From positions 124,001 through 188,000 of the forward strand of contig JAMWBK010000007.1 of the NCBI GenBank assembly GCA_029953675.1: DNA of 64,000 bases. The letters run 5' to 3'. The stretch is from Rhodosorus marinus CCMP1338 (taxonomy: Eukaryota; Plantae; Rhodophyta). How positions within the stretch are numbered: position 1 is the first letter of the stretch; every line of letters starts with the position of its first letter. Below, piece by piece: positions 1 through 12,866 of the stretch. A program made the position numbers and the translations under genes. The notes beneath the pieces are model-generated. The model did not search any database. It worked only from the letters and a program-made list of their open reading frames with translations, and was not told where the DNA came from.

Positions 1-532
1 TCTGTTTAGACTTTTCCAACGCGTAGCCTTCGAAAACCGCCGTCGCAAAGGCTCCTTGGTGCCCCACATCGACCACCAAAGACGTGCTTCTTCCAGCTGA
101 AAATGCTGCCATAACCGGCCCTCGAGCAATGAAGAAGGATTTCAACCCCATCCCTTCAAACACCAGCTCCGCAGCTGCTGCTCTTCCATTTACTCCCCAC
201 ATATACGACGGTTCGACTAAGATTAGAGGCGTCTCCTTCGAGGAAACCATCAAATGCTTACTCAGGACGTGATCAACGACCTTCTTCATCACATCCCACT
301 TGGGAATTGCCTGTAGTCCCGCCATGGGATCATAAACGTCCACAACCTGATCAACCAACTCAGGTAAACCCCAAAGAGAATGGCCAAGCACATCATTCTT
401 CCCGGACCTCGTCCCGATCGCAGAAGGAACCAATGCACGTGGACTATCCTCACCAGCTAATCCCCCTCGAATCAAAAACGACCCGCAGTCAATCACAGCA
501 GCTCCTACGTCAACTCCTCCACTCGTCGCCAT
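1..532 (-). CDS. ARP4: Actin-related protein, ARP4/ACTL6-like (5' part; runs off window start)
   Basis: Manual translation from ATG at 532: MATSGGVDVGAAVIDCGSFLIRGGLAGEDSPRALVPS...KWDVMKKVVDHVLSKHL...TPLILVEPSY...ELVFEGMGLKSFFIARGPVMAAFSAGRSTSLVVDVGH...VFEGYAL. These are actin-fold motifs; the G-x-D-V...AGED-x-P start and AF-x-x-GR-x-T-x-LVVD-x-G are ARP4-like. It is absent from the ORF track because there is no stop in the window. Confidence 0.85.
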   Translation of the reverse strand, partial: MATSGGVDVGAAVIDCGSFLIRGGLAGEDSPRALVPSAIGTRSGKNDVLGHSLWGLPELVDQVVDVYDPMAGLQAIPKWDVMKKVVDHVLSKHLMVSSKETPLILVEPSYMWGVNGRAAAAELVFEGMGLKSFFIARGPVMAAFSAGRSTSLVVDVGHQGAFATAVFEGYALEKSKQ

Positions 533-724
533 ACTTTCCCGAAAACCTAACAATCAACAAAAAGCTCTCCAACCCCCACCGCCCCCCGGCGGCCTACCTC
601 TCCAATCCACAAATTCTCAAACGCCCTTTCCCACGGTATCAGAAAAATACGTCTCTCTCCATCCACTCCGCTCGAGAGCTCATACCTTCTTGTGGAGATT
701 CCCCACCTCCCTCTTAACCCCAAG

Positions 725-1180
725 CTCCGCTCGCCTTCAAACTTTACGACCTGTCCAGTGAACACGGGTTGTGAACGAAAAACGACAATCTAGTTGTGTC
801 GAGATCTTCTCCTTACCCCTCCGAAGCAATCTGATCAATGCAATGGCAATGAGAGGATTCCCCCAACCTCCCCGAGCATCGAACTTATACAGAACGTCTC
901 GTGAACGCGCTGGTGAACGAGACATACAATAATACTACTTCTCCTCCTCCCTCCGAGGCAATCTGATCAAAGCAATAGCGGTGTGTCGATTCACCTAGAC
1001 TCCGATTGCTTCAAACTTGACCCCTCCAGTCTCGTGCACAAGATCATGAACGAGAAAGACGTACTTGTCCTTTTTCTTCCTAGCAATCTGATCTCCAAGG
1101 CAATGGCGGTGAGAGGAGAATAGAGGAATTGTTCACTGACCCGTTTCCAACGGCGAGTTCATTGGTGACGCGCACTGGTC
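725..1180. repeat. Degenerate tandem duplication (~270 bp period) upstream of ARP4
   Basis: Core gcaatctgatc..gcaat(g/a)gc occurs at ~826, ~958 and ~1083. ctccg..gc(c)ttcaaactt..tccagt occurs at ~727 and ~1000. gtga(a)cgcgc..tggt occurs at ~901 and ~1164. Confidence 0.65.
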
Positions 1181-1513
1181 AGAATGACACTTGAGAAATG
1201 ACAACGTGCGTTGCGATCACTTTATCATGAGGTTTGTGTGCAAAATAACGAGCAGTCGACGATACTATGCCTTAATGGTTGGCTTCACAACTATCGCATG
1301 AGCAACACGAGTACGACAAAATCAAACTACTTCCGTCATCATTCAGAGACAACACAACAACCACCGTGAGAGGCTAAAAAAGACCAAACACAGAAAATGA
1401 ACGAGGTGGATGCAGCTGGACAGTTCTTGGACCCACACACCAGATACTCAACAAACACCACGTAAGGAATGCCGCACAGCGACCCTTTCCCGCAGCAAGG
1501 TAATCTGCTGAAG

Positions 1514-1583
1514 GTGATGAAGAAGGCCGTGTCGATCATGTCCTCAATAAGCAATTAATGGCTTCCAGGAAGGAAACGCCTCT
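1514..1583 (+). pseudogene. Inverted decayed fragment of ARP4
   Basis: gtgatgaagaaggccgtgtcgatcatgtcctcaataagcaattaatggcttccaggaaggaaacgcctct aligns with the ARP4 coding strand gtgatgaagaaggtcgttgatcacgtcctgagtaagcatttgatggtttcctcgaaggagacgcctct (~225-293, minus strand) and carries a frameshift. Confidence 0.7.
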
Positions 1584-2699
1584 GAAAGCACCAATGAGCG
1601 GATTTGCTCCTGACAAGCAGAAGAGTAGAATTGGTCATGGACACTTTGATGATTGAGTTCAGTTGCGAAGCGGACTCCTTCACAGGGGATGGAGCTTTCT
1701 CACGCCCGTGATCAAAAGCATCTGGCAATCGATAGCTCTCCGTGATCGTTATGTTCTGTGTCCTTCCGTGCCTGTTCGCCTATTGAGATCGGCGTCGACT
1801 CGGATTCTGTGGACTGGTTCGTCTGGAGCGGAGAACAGCTGAAGAATCCGTCCGCTATGTTTGCTTTTGATACCTGAAGCAGTCTTAAACCGTTTGTGAC
1901 CTTTTGGCCTTCCCTTGTTACCTGAGATGGTAAGCCTAGCTTGCCCTCTTCGAGATCAAAGCTGCGGCCCGCAGTAAGGGGTGCGTTAAGGTCTATCGTT
2001 ACTGTCCTAGACAAATGGCCTTGTAAGCTGGGGAAGTTTTGTCATGCACATCGACGACATACTTCCCGTCCCGCCAGGATACGCGATAACTGCGCGAAGC
2101 ATCTTGTATCGAACCCATGGCAGCATCGGGTTGTCCTACCAGTAGCTTTGACGCTGCACTTCTGTCTCTACGCAGTCTAATGGGATGGAGGGGCTTGAGA
2201 CGACCTTGCTCGGAAGTCGTACCAGGGGCTGCAATAAGGCACATTCGGAAATGTGCTTGATGTACTTTCTTGTCTACATTCTCATACTTCAGTTCAAAGA
2301 GCATGCTGAAAGTCTAGATCTACCCCTATCCGCAATACTAGCCTTCAGACAACTGACTTGCTTCCCAGATCCTCTCGGGCAGCAACCCGGCAGAGCATTA
2401 TATCCGAAAAGAACGTATAAAAAGACAAAGTAGACGGTGAGGCGCGAGCTGGGGGTTCAGTCTAACCCACGGAATTACGCCAGGAAAACATCTGTCCTGC
2501 TTTAGTGTACAGAACCACATCCCTCACAAAGCCAATGCTGTTCTGGGTCGGGTGACCACGGAAGAGGAGCGCGACACAAGCACAATCCACATTCTCAGCG
2601 CCAAGGCAATAAAAAAGAGGGAAAGGCACGGGCGAAAACGGGGCGAGGCCTGAGGAGTCAACGTCGTGTGGAAACGGCGGCAGGTACCAAGTTATAAAC

Positions 2700-5387
2700 T
2701 TAGTGAACTTCTTCCTGTCCCTGGGGTCCGAAGGACATGTTCAGCTCTTTCTCAATGTCCATGGAGCCACTCTCCATGAAAATCTCGCCAAGCTTCTTCA
2801 GAGCCATAGCCCTAGCGGTAGTGATTTCCGAGTGTCCGACCGCCGCCTTTCCGTCCTTTGGTGGTTCCACTTTCGAAAAGAGCTGCTTACTAACGTTGCT
2901 AACAAAGCCATGCGCATGTCCCTTTTTCTTCGACGGTGCGTCCGAGCCCTCAAGGTCCTTTCCGCTCAGCACCCGATGGCAAACCTATCATCAAGAGGTG
3001 AAGATATCCTTTAGAGATGCGACCCAAAACAGCCCACATAGTCGCTCGAGCATAGCGTTCTACAAACCTCATCAAGAGTGTACACGATATCCATGATCGT
3101 CTGCTTCCACACAACATCCAGGTATCCTACTGCAACGCCCTCCGCCATCTTGGTATGTTCCTCGGGACTAATAGTCTTGCCCTCCTTCTCAGCGCGCTGA
3201 ACTTCCTGTTCGACCTGCTTTTGCTTCGGGATTCAAGTGCGGAACGGGGGCAACGATGATATCAGAAAACGAAAATTCAAAAAGCCCATTCTCCCAAACG
3301 AACCGCCAACAGGGTCCAACTGGGCTCGAAAAATATCCTACCTGGGAAAGGACTCTTATTGCTGACGCTGTCGCGCTCCATTTTGTCCCGAACTTCATTC
3401 TTGAATTGTTGAATTGTCGCCAGTATCCAGGCAGGCCAAACCACGAAAGTTTTCCTAGTTTGATATACGCATGTCGGACATAGGACTGACCAACGACGAA
3501 CAGCATTGGGCCGCCGAAGTTAGTCTCCTTGAGCTCCTTCGCTTCCTTGTTGCACCATTCGATGAACTCCTTATGGTGTCCATCGACCTGAGATTACGTC
3601 AAAATGGACGGCAGTATTTCCCAAAGGAATTCCATCAGCTCCAAGGTCCAATTGGGGCCAGCATGGCAACGGCTGAGTGCACTTACATAGGTCTGAATGA
3701 TTCCAATAAGGTTCTGAGTGAGTTTCTTAACGCGCTCGTCGTGAATGACTGCGAGCTTCTCTGCAGAGGGAGGATTTCCGTCGGCATCCAGCTCCGACAC
3801 CATCGACGTGAGCTGCAGCTCGCCCAGGAACGGCTCAAACCTGTCAGAACCGAACAGCATCGCGAACAGTTCCGAGGGGTCAACGTTCTCATAGTCCAAG
3901 TTCTCGAGACCCTTCATGCCGTACTTGTCGTACGCCTCTCGGGTCTCCGGATTCGATAGGATCTGGTAAGCCTCGCCAATCTTTTGGAAGCGCTCTGTGG
4001 CAGTGGGATCCTCCTTGTTCTTGTCCGGATGCGTCTCCTTCGCAAGGAAAAGATAAGCTTTCTTGATCTCAGCGGCTGTCGAAGTAGGTTTCACCCCGAG
4101 CGTATTGTACAAAGTGAGGTCCACCGCACTACCAGTCCTGGGCTTCTCAGTCTCCGCGGCACCCGCAGTCTCATCAAACTGTATGCCAGCAGATGGATTT
4201 TCAGCGGCTTGGCGGGCCTGCTCCACCTGTTCCAGGGTCTACAAGCATACGAAAAGAAGAATTTGCTTTTCAGTTTAAAACGCCACACCCACAGCATCCC
4301 GTCGAATCAGGCGGGCCCCCAGGCAACAGATCCCCGCAAATGGCTCTCAGTGCGCCTCGGCCAGAGCTGCGCAAGCTGTGCGCGCGGACGACAGTACAAC
4401 TCTGGTTGTTTCCAGAAGTGCCTCACAGGCTCCATTGGAGCGAACGTGAGCAGAAGCTGTTGACAGGTAAGGGTCGCATCCGCCAGTACCGGACCGCGCG
4501 CCCCTTGGTGCCCTACCCTCAGCAGATACCCCAAACACGCATGAATATGGTCGCCATACCTTTTCGAGCTCAGTGTCTCCTGGGCATTTTGCGAGGCCTT
4601 CCTTGAGTTTCTCAATTGCTTCGTCAACACGATTCGCACCAGCGAGGGCAAGGCCGAGTCTGTACCAACTCTTCGGCCATGTGGGGTCTAGCGAAACGCA
4701 AATTTCCGCATCCTCAACTGCAAACTGGTGGGTAACCGAGCTCTCCGTTTCCTCTGCTTTGGCGAGGTACGCCGCCGAACGATTTGAATAGATTCGCTTG
4801 TCTTTCGGTTTTTCGTCGGACTCCAGATAATTGAGCGCTTCCGAGTAGAGCTGAATGGCTGAGTCCCAGTCCCTTTCCTTGAATGCAGTATTTCCCTCCA
4901 ATCGAAGCTTCTCAGCCTCGTTGCCCGCACCGACGCTAGCAGAGGACGCACTGGTCTTCGGGATTTGGGATTCTGCTGCATTCGCCTGCACAAGCTTCCG
5001 CAGCGCTGGGGATGCGCCGACGATCTGCTCAGCATCCGCCGGACTAATTTTCAATCCTTCAACAAACGCTGCGACGGCGTCGTCATCCCTTCCGACCCAC
5101 TCCAACGCCAAGCCCCTTCTAAAATAGCCTTTCGCCCACTGCGGATCCAGCCCGATCACCACATCCGCATCCGATACCGCAGCCTCCGCATACTCAACCC
5201 CCTTCGGATCCCCTGCAGTCAACTCCTGAGCAAGCTTCAACCTCGCTGCAGATCGGTTCGAGTAAACCCTCTTGTCATCCCCACCTTCCTTTATAGACCT
5301 GTCATATTCCTCAATCGCCTCACTCCATTCACCCCTACCAAAAGCCTCATTCCCAGAAAGTCGATGAGCTTCTCCAACGCCCGCCAT
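2700..5387 (-). CDS. Co-chaperone: two Hop/STI1-type TPR domains + J-domain + DnaJ-X domain (5 predicted exons)
   Basis: Exon 5387-4560 has two TPR domains (GNxAF...YSNRSAA...PxWxKxxxR). Exon 4238-3687 has the J-domain with HPD. Exon 3587-3342 and two further 3' exons give the X-domain (YVDGHHKEF...FGGPMLFVVGQSY...LDVVWKQTIMDIVYTLDEVCHRVL...ARAMALKKLGEIF). All introns are GT-AG, phase 0; the junction reads ELEK|TLEQVEQARQAA. Confidence 0.8.
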
Positions 5388-6925
5388 CTCAACCACACAC
5401 TAAGCTGATCCCAGCTCCACCAAAAAAAAAAAATAAACTCTGAAAATGTCCCCCCAAACCTTCCCCCCTACTCAAAAGATCAAATCACAACTCAATTCCC
5501 TAACCTGCCTACTTCATCAGCTGTTAAAGAAAGAACTCCTCACAAACCCTTTTCAGCTTGTGCTTTCGCCATCAAACCGTCCCCGAACCAAAACCCCAAC
5601 GCGCGCTGCTCTCTCTAACTCTCCCAATCCTCGGCTTTGCCATTTTCTTCCCTTGCCCGCAAGCAAGTTTTAAGACGACATTTTAACGTACATAGGAACA
5701 TTGGTACATAAATCAAGACCGTCATATGGCCAAGAAAAAATTTCATTTATAAGAATAAAACTTGATCAAGATAATACGGTCCAGTTTTGGCGAGAGTTGT
5801 CAGATGGACGACGCTTTCGTGAGAAGGGGAGGGGTAGATAAAGGATTATTTGGGGACGATTAGGAGTCGTTTTTGATATTTTGATCTAAAATAATCTAAT
5901 TTATGGATGAAATATGGATGTGGATATTTTCGGAGGGGGAAGGTTCTAGAAGGTCTGTCTAGTTTTAGGAAGTGCTGTCAGTGGTTGAGTGGCCCGGTGA
6001 GGAAGAGGAACGGAGTGATTCCGATAGTTGAATTCGTTTAGATCGAGGAGTGTAGAAGAGTATGACAACGATGAGAAAGTTAAGATGTAGCTCGTCCGTT
6101 TCAACTCCAGTTAAACGTCGCCGCCTCAAAGGGGAGGAGCTCACATCCCGGTCTCGACACTGGAAACGGCGGAGTTTGGGCAGGGATAATCAGTGTCCTA
6201 GCCGTCAAAGACAAAGGTGGAGGCAAAATGAAGCCTCTCCTTCACAACTTTGCCCTCTCTCAGCGCCTAATTAACCCTTTCATAGACAAGAAGAACTCCA
6301 GGCTACCTCGTTGCAGATCGATCCTTCAAACCAAATACAAAAGCCAATTCCATCACGAACATAATCAGTCAATATCAACTAGTTTTTTGTTTAAAACCCG
6401 CCTTTCGACCCAATTTCTCCAAAGTTCAGAAAAAAAACAACGGGAAGGATCTCCAAAATTGATTGAATTCATAAATAAAGACTGAGGAAAATATCTAGAT
6501 GGGACATTGGACCCGGAAAAATGGGACAAGGCTTATGTCAACAAGGAAGAGATGCTGAAGAGTGTGGAAGGCAGGTCTACTTAAGAAAGTGCAGTAGAAA
6601 TGTATACAGAATTTCACCGACGATTAAAATAAAGGGAAGGTTTCTACGTGTGGGTTGTAGTCAAGGATGTAACCCTTCCCCCGTCCATCTCAACCCCCTG
6701 CTCCCAAACTCTCTGAGGAGATAGGTTTTCCGGTCAAAAGCGGCGGGACAGAAGCCCTGCTTTTCGGACAAGTTGGAAAATGGCATTTATAGCGATGGAA
6801 GTGGAGCCATGTTGAGGGAATGGAGAGGGTGGCAGCGGGGAGAAGGAGGGGTTACTGTACTTTGAGAGGTGTACTTTTGGATATCTACAGGTTCGAATTG
6901 TTTGCTAAAGAGATCATCAGTTAAC

Positions 6926-7343
6926 ATGGAGAGCTTGGGGCTTGGGTTTGTGAACGGTTTGTCTGGAGTTTCGGAGAAGAAGAGGTTGAGGTCGAGGATA
7001 TCTGTGAGTACGGAGAGTTCGCGGAGGGGCTTGGAGCTTTCATGGAATTATCAGGAGGTAAGTCCTTGGAGCACTGTTTCTTTTTCCTCGTGAGGATACT
7101 GAGCTCCTCTGTGTTGTGCCGTTTGTTCTGCATTAGAAGCGGAATGACAAGCCGCTGGTGTGTGAAGATTGTGCGGGGTCGGGAATTAGTGAGTGCAAGT
7201 TTTGTCTTGGGTCAGGCTATATGCGCCTAGGAGATACGTTCCTGTGCTCAACAACGACGTGCGCTTGTGGCGCTTGTAAAGGACACGGAGAGGTACAATG
7301 CAAGAAATGCTGCGGTCGGGGCATGCGAGCTGCTTGGCTTTAA
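6926..7343 (+). CDS. DnaJ-type Cys-rich zinc-finger protein (no J-domain), probably plastid-targeted
   Basis: Exons 6926-7057 and 7137-7343 (GTAAGT...TAG). Four CxxCxGxG-like motifs, LGDxxLC and a C-terminal RAAWL. The N-terminus MESLGLGFVNG is transit-peptide-like. Confidence 0.8.
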
Positions 7344-8618
7344 TACTAGCCGTTCAAGTGGGTGCTTGGAGCTAGTGGAATGCAACCTTGGCTGTGAAGA
7401 ATAGTTTTAGTCTACGATCCATTTCATTTCTGTTGGTAGTATACACAATAAGCGAGCGGTCTCTGGCTTGCAGTGCTTAACAAATGTTTTAAAAAGACTC
7501 TTGTACGTTGATTGGGTTGCTCTTTGCAAGTAGTGGGTGTTCGAAATAGCCACAGAGCCCGGCTCCTGAAGACGAAAGGCGCTCCTAAGATCATAGTTTC
7601 ACGCATTTGTTATCAAATATGTTCATTACCCTGACATCCAGTCAGTCCCTGCTATTTCCTCGTCCGTTTCTGGTTTGGTGGCTCAAAGATAGGAAAGTTC
7701 CATGTTCGCCCTCGATGAACGTTTACGAAACAATCGCGATGCAACCAGATTCTTGAAAATACCCCGGCTTTGCTCTTTTCCTGGAAGCTAGTCGACACGC
7801 CTTCCCTGGCAAGCGCTGCATGCCCTATTGGCTTCAGTGCAGAATTGTAGAGCATGTGAAAAGTTCAGCGGACAGGGCGACGGACCGTTGCGGGTGGACC
7901 TGAAGCGTATGGTGGGTGAAAAGTTCAGTGAGCAGGGCCTCGGGCCTCTGGAAGCACGTTATCACAAACCTGTGAGTCGTCCTTGTTGTGACAACTCGAC
8001 CCCAGGGGACACCATTGGTGCTGAACCGAGGTCACTGTGTGCTAGCCTGTGGCCTTCAGTTTGGGCTGGGATGGTTTTCAAAGGTTACGCGTTGCGGTCA
8101 TGCCAGACTAACGACACAATTGAAAGCTGTTGAAGCGGGCCATTACAAGTTCATTTTGTACAGAGCTTTTTTGGTTTTATATTCCAGGCCTCATCTAGTG
8201 AAACGATTGGTCCTTCGTCCTACAAACAGATACACATTCTGCAGTCCTTGGCTACCCGCTGCAACGTACAATGTGCGCGCGAACGTCATCATTTTTGTTT
8301 TTTTGGTCTTTTTCGATGCTAAAGCATCTTCACCGCCCTCATGATATTCACATGCTGCTCATTGAGGAACAGCGGGGTAACTTTCGGTCGCCAAGTTGGC
8401 TCTCTCATTGCGGTGCTCAGCTTCACAAATTTTCGTGAAGCAATGTCGTCGTCTTCTATTTCACTACTGGAGAGTTATCTATGCATCAATACCGTACAAG
8501 GCCTCCGCACCAACTCTGGGGCTCTCCGACATGAGGTGCGAGGCAGCCACCACGTCCATCTCATGTGGTCTTCAATCTTGTCGTCATTTCATGAGTGATG
8601 TAAATCACTTCTCGTGGC

Positions 8619-9240
8619 TTATATCTTCTGTACCTTATCAGCCTTTACAACCGGGTTTGCCCGGATAAGTCGCTCCTGTGCGCGCGCCTTCCAATCGAAG
8701 TCGCAGTCGTGCTTGTCGGAATATCGGTGCTCGCCGCAGAACACGTAGCTGCATTGGCACTTGAAGCCGAGGAGCCCAACCTTCCTCCTGCACGCGAAAC
8801 AGCGGGAGGTATTCTTTTGTACACGTTTCGTTGGCGGCTCTTCAACCACCTCTTCCATCTTCTCAACGGAATCCTTCTCCTCTATAGTCCTCTCATCAAT
8901 CACTTCCTGGGCTACGTCAACCCCTACGTCTACTCTCATCTCGGTTTCGGTCGGCTTTTCTACGACGGGAGCTTCCGTAGACACTCTCGGTGAGGCTAAC
9001 AAGTTTTCCCTCTTCTCGTGCTCTCGGAAACATTTTGAGCACATATTGCTAGTAGACGGACTTCTACAAAACACAACGCAAAAACACACCACAGAAAAAA
9101 AAAGTTAGCAAACCAACCAACCACAAGCCAAACCCCCCACGACGCATGACGACCGCAGGCAAAACTTACCCATAAAACCCACACCCATTAGCACAAAGCA
9201 AGGGCACCGCAGCAGAAGAATCCTTATTCATTCCAGACAT
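8619..9240 (-). CDS. A20/AN1 zinc-finger stress-associated protein
   Basis: Exons 9240-9170 and 9063-8619. A20 finger LCANGCGFYGSPSTSNMCSKCF; AN1 finger RCFACRRKVGLLGFKCQCSYVFCGEHRYSDKHDCDFDWK; C-terminus ANPVVKADKVQKI. Confidence 0.95.
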
Positions 9241-12180
9241 CCTTTCCACAAACCAAAAAAAAACAAAAAACACCACCACCACCAACCTCAACTCAAAATA
9301 AAGAAAACCCCAAATAGCCCAAAACTTCTCAAAACTCCTTCCCTCTCCTCCCCTCTCCCCAAAAGTCACCAACCCACTACACACAAACTTATATTTACTC
9401 TCAACGAAACCTCAAGCGGTAACCTACACACACCCTACAAAGCCCCCCCCACGCTGCCCCTCCTTCCTCCTCCCCCTCCCTCCCTCCAAGCCCGACAAAG
9501 CAAATCCCTTCCAACCCATAAAATATATACCTCCCCAAAAAAATCAACACTAGCAACAGCAGTCGTCACTTCAAAAATTTACACAAACTGTCATCCCCCC
9601 CCCCCCTTTTACAAAAACACCCCTAGAAAAACAAATAAAAATTAAAATAAATTCATACAAAATCCTCACTTTTTTGACTTGTTCCCGTTTGTAATTCCTA
9701 CCCCTCCTTCACTCCCCCCTTCTCTTACAACCTTTTTCCCTCCTAATCTTATAGTTTCCACAGTATATCAAATTCTGACATTTTCATTGTACCCTACCCT
9801 CACCCCCCCCTCCCCCCTCTATACTCTTCTTCTCCTCTTCCTTTCATTCTTCTCAATCATGAAGCTGAGCTGGCCTGCTTTTTTTTTTTTTTTTTTGTGT
9901 CCAGGTAACACGTTTTTCCATGCTCTTTTTTTTCTTTTTTGTTGTTTTTATGGAACATGTCATCAAACAATGTAATTCCACCCACCCCCCTTCACAATTT
10001 TAATGTTTTTGGAATGTATCGCCAAACACATTAGCAATGAACAAGCTTCTCCGGATCTCTCCCCTCAGATGCGATGTTGCGATGTTACAATATAGACTAT
10101 TTACAATTTATTTTATATATTTTTGGAGCGATATGAAATCTAGGTTGTTACTTGCTACAGGTGCTGGTTGGGAATTTGTATTCAAATCAATGGCACAGAA
10201 GGGGGGATGGGTAATTGTCGTATGTCAGGAGCAATTATGCAAAGGGAGCTACGTAAGTAAGGAGGGGGTTATCCAAGTCCTGAGGAGCGATTACCCCCCC
10301 TTACATGAAGAGTCTAGAACGCTGTGGAATTTGTGATAATTAATTTAATTATTTGGGATAGATGGGATTCGAAAGAGTTGCGCTGGGGTTTCACGTCTCC
10401 GTTGGTGTATCCCCCCCAACAACCTTACAATTGTGGTAGAAAAGAAACATTCTGCTGACGCTTGGCGTCACCAATCAGGAAAGATTTCGTTTCTTATTTG
10501 TGGCCCGGCTTGACAGGACTAATAACTTTCCTGTATCCTGTAGCCATTTTGCTGTTTTTGAGAACAAAACATTTCTAGTTGATATGGTTGGTTTCTCGGA
10601 AGGGGGGGCAGGGTTGCGATAGATGCATAGCGCCCTCCCGGCCGTCCCGACGAGGGGGTTGAATTTTTGCATTCGAATTGGCTCTCTGGTAGAAGATCCT
10701 TGAAAACTGATCGAATTTCGTATTCTTAATTGGAAAACACGAAAGATCTATTCATCAATATTCACCCCTCTTTTGAAGGATCAAGTCCCGCCCAACTGAA
10801 CTGCGGGACTTCAATCGTACATTTACGATTATTTTTCGCAGATGATAAAAAAATAGGGACGTGAGCTACTCGAGAAGAGGATGTTCTACATTTCATCGAA
10901 ACCAAAAACTCTGTCAATAAATATCCTGCAGACGTGAGCTGCTGTGATACAGACTGAGCTTACCCCCCGTAAAAATAGTCCCACTTGTAGACTAATTTAG
11001 AACATTTTACGACCTCAAATGGCGATTGCACATTCTCTTCAATGTTGAGTAGATTTGGAAGAGTCCCCACGCTTAATCCTCCACCCCCCAACCCCCATCC
11101 CCCCGCCCCCCCGACCCCTGCGCTACCTCAAACTTCGGAAACCCTGGTTGGGACATGTGCGATACAAAGTGAGAGGGGGGTGGGGCGGAGGGTGGAGAGG
11201 AGGGTGGAGAAAGGTCTTACTTTTTTTTGAACAAAAAATATAAATTTTTGTACAATGGAAGATGAGCAAACGATACTCCCAATAAAGGGGTATCATTTGG
11301 TCTGTTGTGAATCTCACCTTGTAACAGAAAAGGGGCGTGAGTGTCTTGCTCTTGAAATCTCCCGATTTCGAGGCTGCTCCAAAAGAAAATGCTCTTTCCC
11401 TTTCAAATTCGAGACTTTGAATCTCATGTGGGGCGTTGTCATATGTACAGAATCTGCTCTCCCTGGCCCGTTAGTAATTTCAACCCCCACCACCACTCCA
11501 TCCCCACCCCCCCTATTATCGACCTTGGAGAACGCATCCACCATGATTTAAGACGAATTCTCTAATTAAGGCACATATCACATCCTGTCTTCCTACAATT
11601 CAATCCATATCGTATAAAAATATTCAAAAGCACTATTCAATCAATGTTCATAAGATCCGATGAGTCTAAATAAAGAGTATATACGTCCTATCGTGATCTT
11701 TTTCCCGTGTCCAACGTGAATCTGTTTTTTGACCAATCCTGAACATCCATCTGTTCCTCGAACTCCTTTTAATACCTATGATTGGATGGAGATGCACCGT
11801 ACTTCTTCTTGGTTGGAGGAATTCTAGGATACAATGATCTGAAACGAAATCGACGCATCAGGAGTGATATCAACGTTCTGTGGTCTGAAACCTCAGTGCG
11901 TATTCCTTCTTCGCAAATATTGAATTAGAATATTTATTGCTCGAAAAGTTAAAAATAGTATTGCTTACATTTCTGACGTCTGATGTATTGGTCAAGGGCG
12001 GGGCCCGAATGCTAAATTTGGCTTTCGGTCAGCTGTAAGCTCGATGGCGAAAGTTGGGAGTGCGAAGCTTGGGGGTTGTAAAGCCGGGCCCGATAGAGGA
12101 GCCCTGACAGGGAAGGTGGATATGACACTTTCGCTCTGGATGGAGGCTTGTAAGGCATGTCATACCCCGGCCTGTGAAAA

Positions 12181-12579
12181 GCAGCATGTAAGCAGGATGT
12201 ACCCCCTTCCGTCCCCCGGTCATCAAAAGCTCGTTTCTACTCTGAAAGTAGCAGCTGACGATTCAGAGATAGATTGGTGCACAGGGACGCGGTGGCATTC
12301 TCATAGCCTAGAAAACGACGAGCGTTGGTTTCATCTAGTCAGCAGCACGGTACACCAAAAGCAGAGGCACGGTAGCAGCATGTAAACAGGACGTACCCCC
12401 CCAAAACCCTCCCCCCGGCCCCCTGCTCGTCAAAAGCTCATTTCTATTCTTAAAATAGCTTCTCATGATTCATAGATAGATCGCTGCGCAGGGACGTGGC
12501 GGCATTCTCCTAGCCTAGAAACCAACAAGCTTTGGTTTCATCCAGCCAGCAGCACAGCACACCAAGGCAGAGGCACGGT
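12181..12579. repeat. Two tandem copies of a ~200 bp non-coding unit
   Basis: 12181-12373 and 12375-12579 align end to end (gcagcatgtaa.cagga.gtacccc...caaaagctc.tttcta...tagcctagaaa...ttggtttcatc.ag.cagcagcac...gcagaggcacggt), roughly 80% identical by eye. Confidence 0.85.
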
Positions 12580-12866
12580 TGCTACTCTTGCTGGAGGTTT
12601 ATTGACCGGCTAGATCAGAAAATTCCGTTGAACTTGTATTTGTGGTAAAACGACTACCTTGTTGTCAAACAAGTCACACTGGGTGAACGCAAACGCCGTT
12701 ACACAAAGGATGTTCAAACTACCTTCCGATCTGGCCCCCCAAATCCTCCAGTTCACCTCCCGAGACTCCCGTCGTAAAGGAGTCGAGGTTCTCCAGGAAC
12801 TTGAGTGGTGGTCTGGGTCTGATGGGGGTGATGAGCGCGATGGGTTTTTGACCGGCGTGGAATCCC

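Noticed and set aside
1700-2430. ORFs of ~100 aa on both strands; YENVD and FSMLF echo the J-protein
   Set aside because: Matches are too short and out of order; no family is recognisable.
6488-6496. Evening-element motif AAAATATCT ~430 bp upstream of the DnaJ-type zinc-finger gene
   Set aside because: A single AT-rich 9-mer is expected by chance in 64 kb searched on both strands.
11075-11210. Adjacent C-run and G-run tracts (G-quadruplex/hairpin potential)
   Set aside because: Poly-C/G runs are common throughout the intergenic DNA here, and the arms are not specifically complementary.
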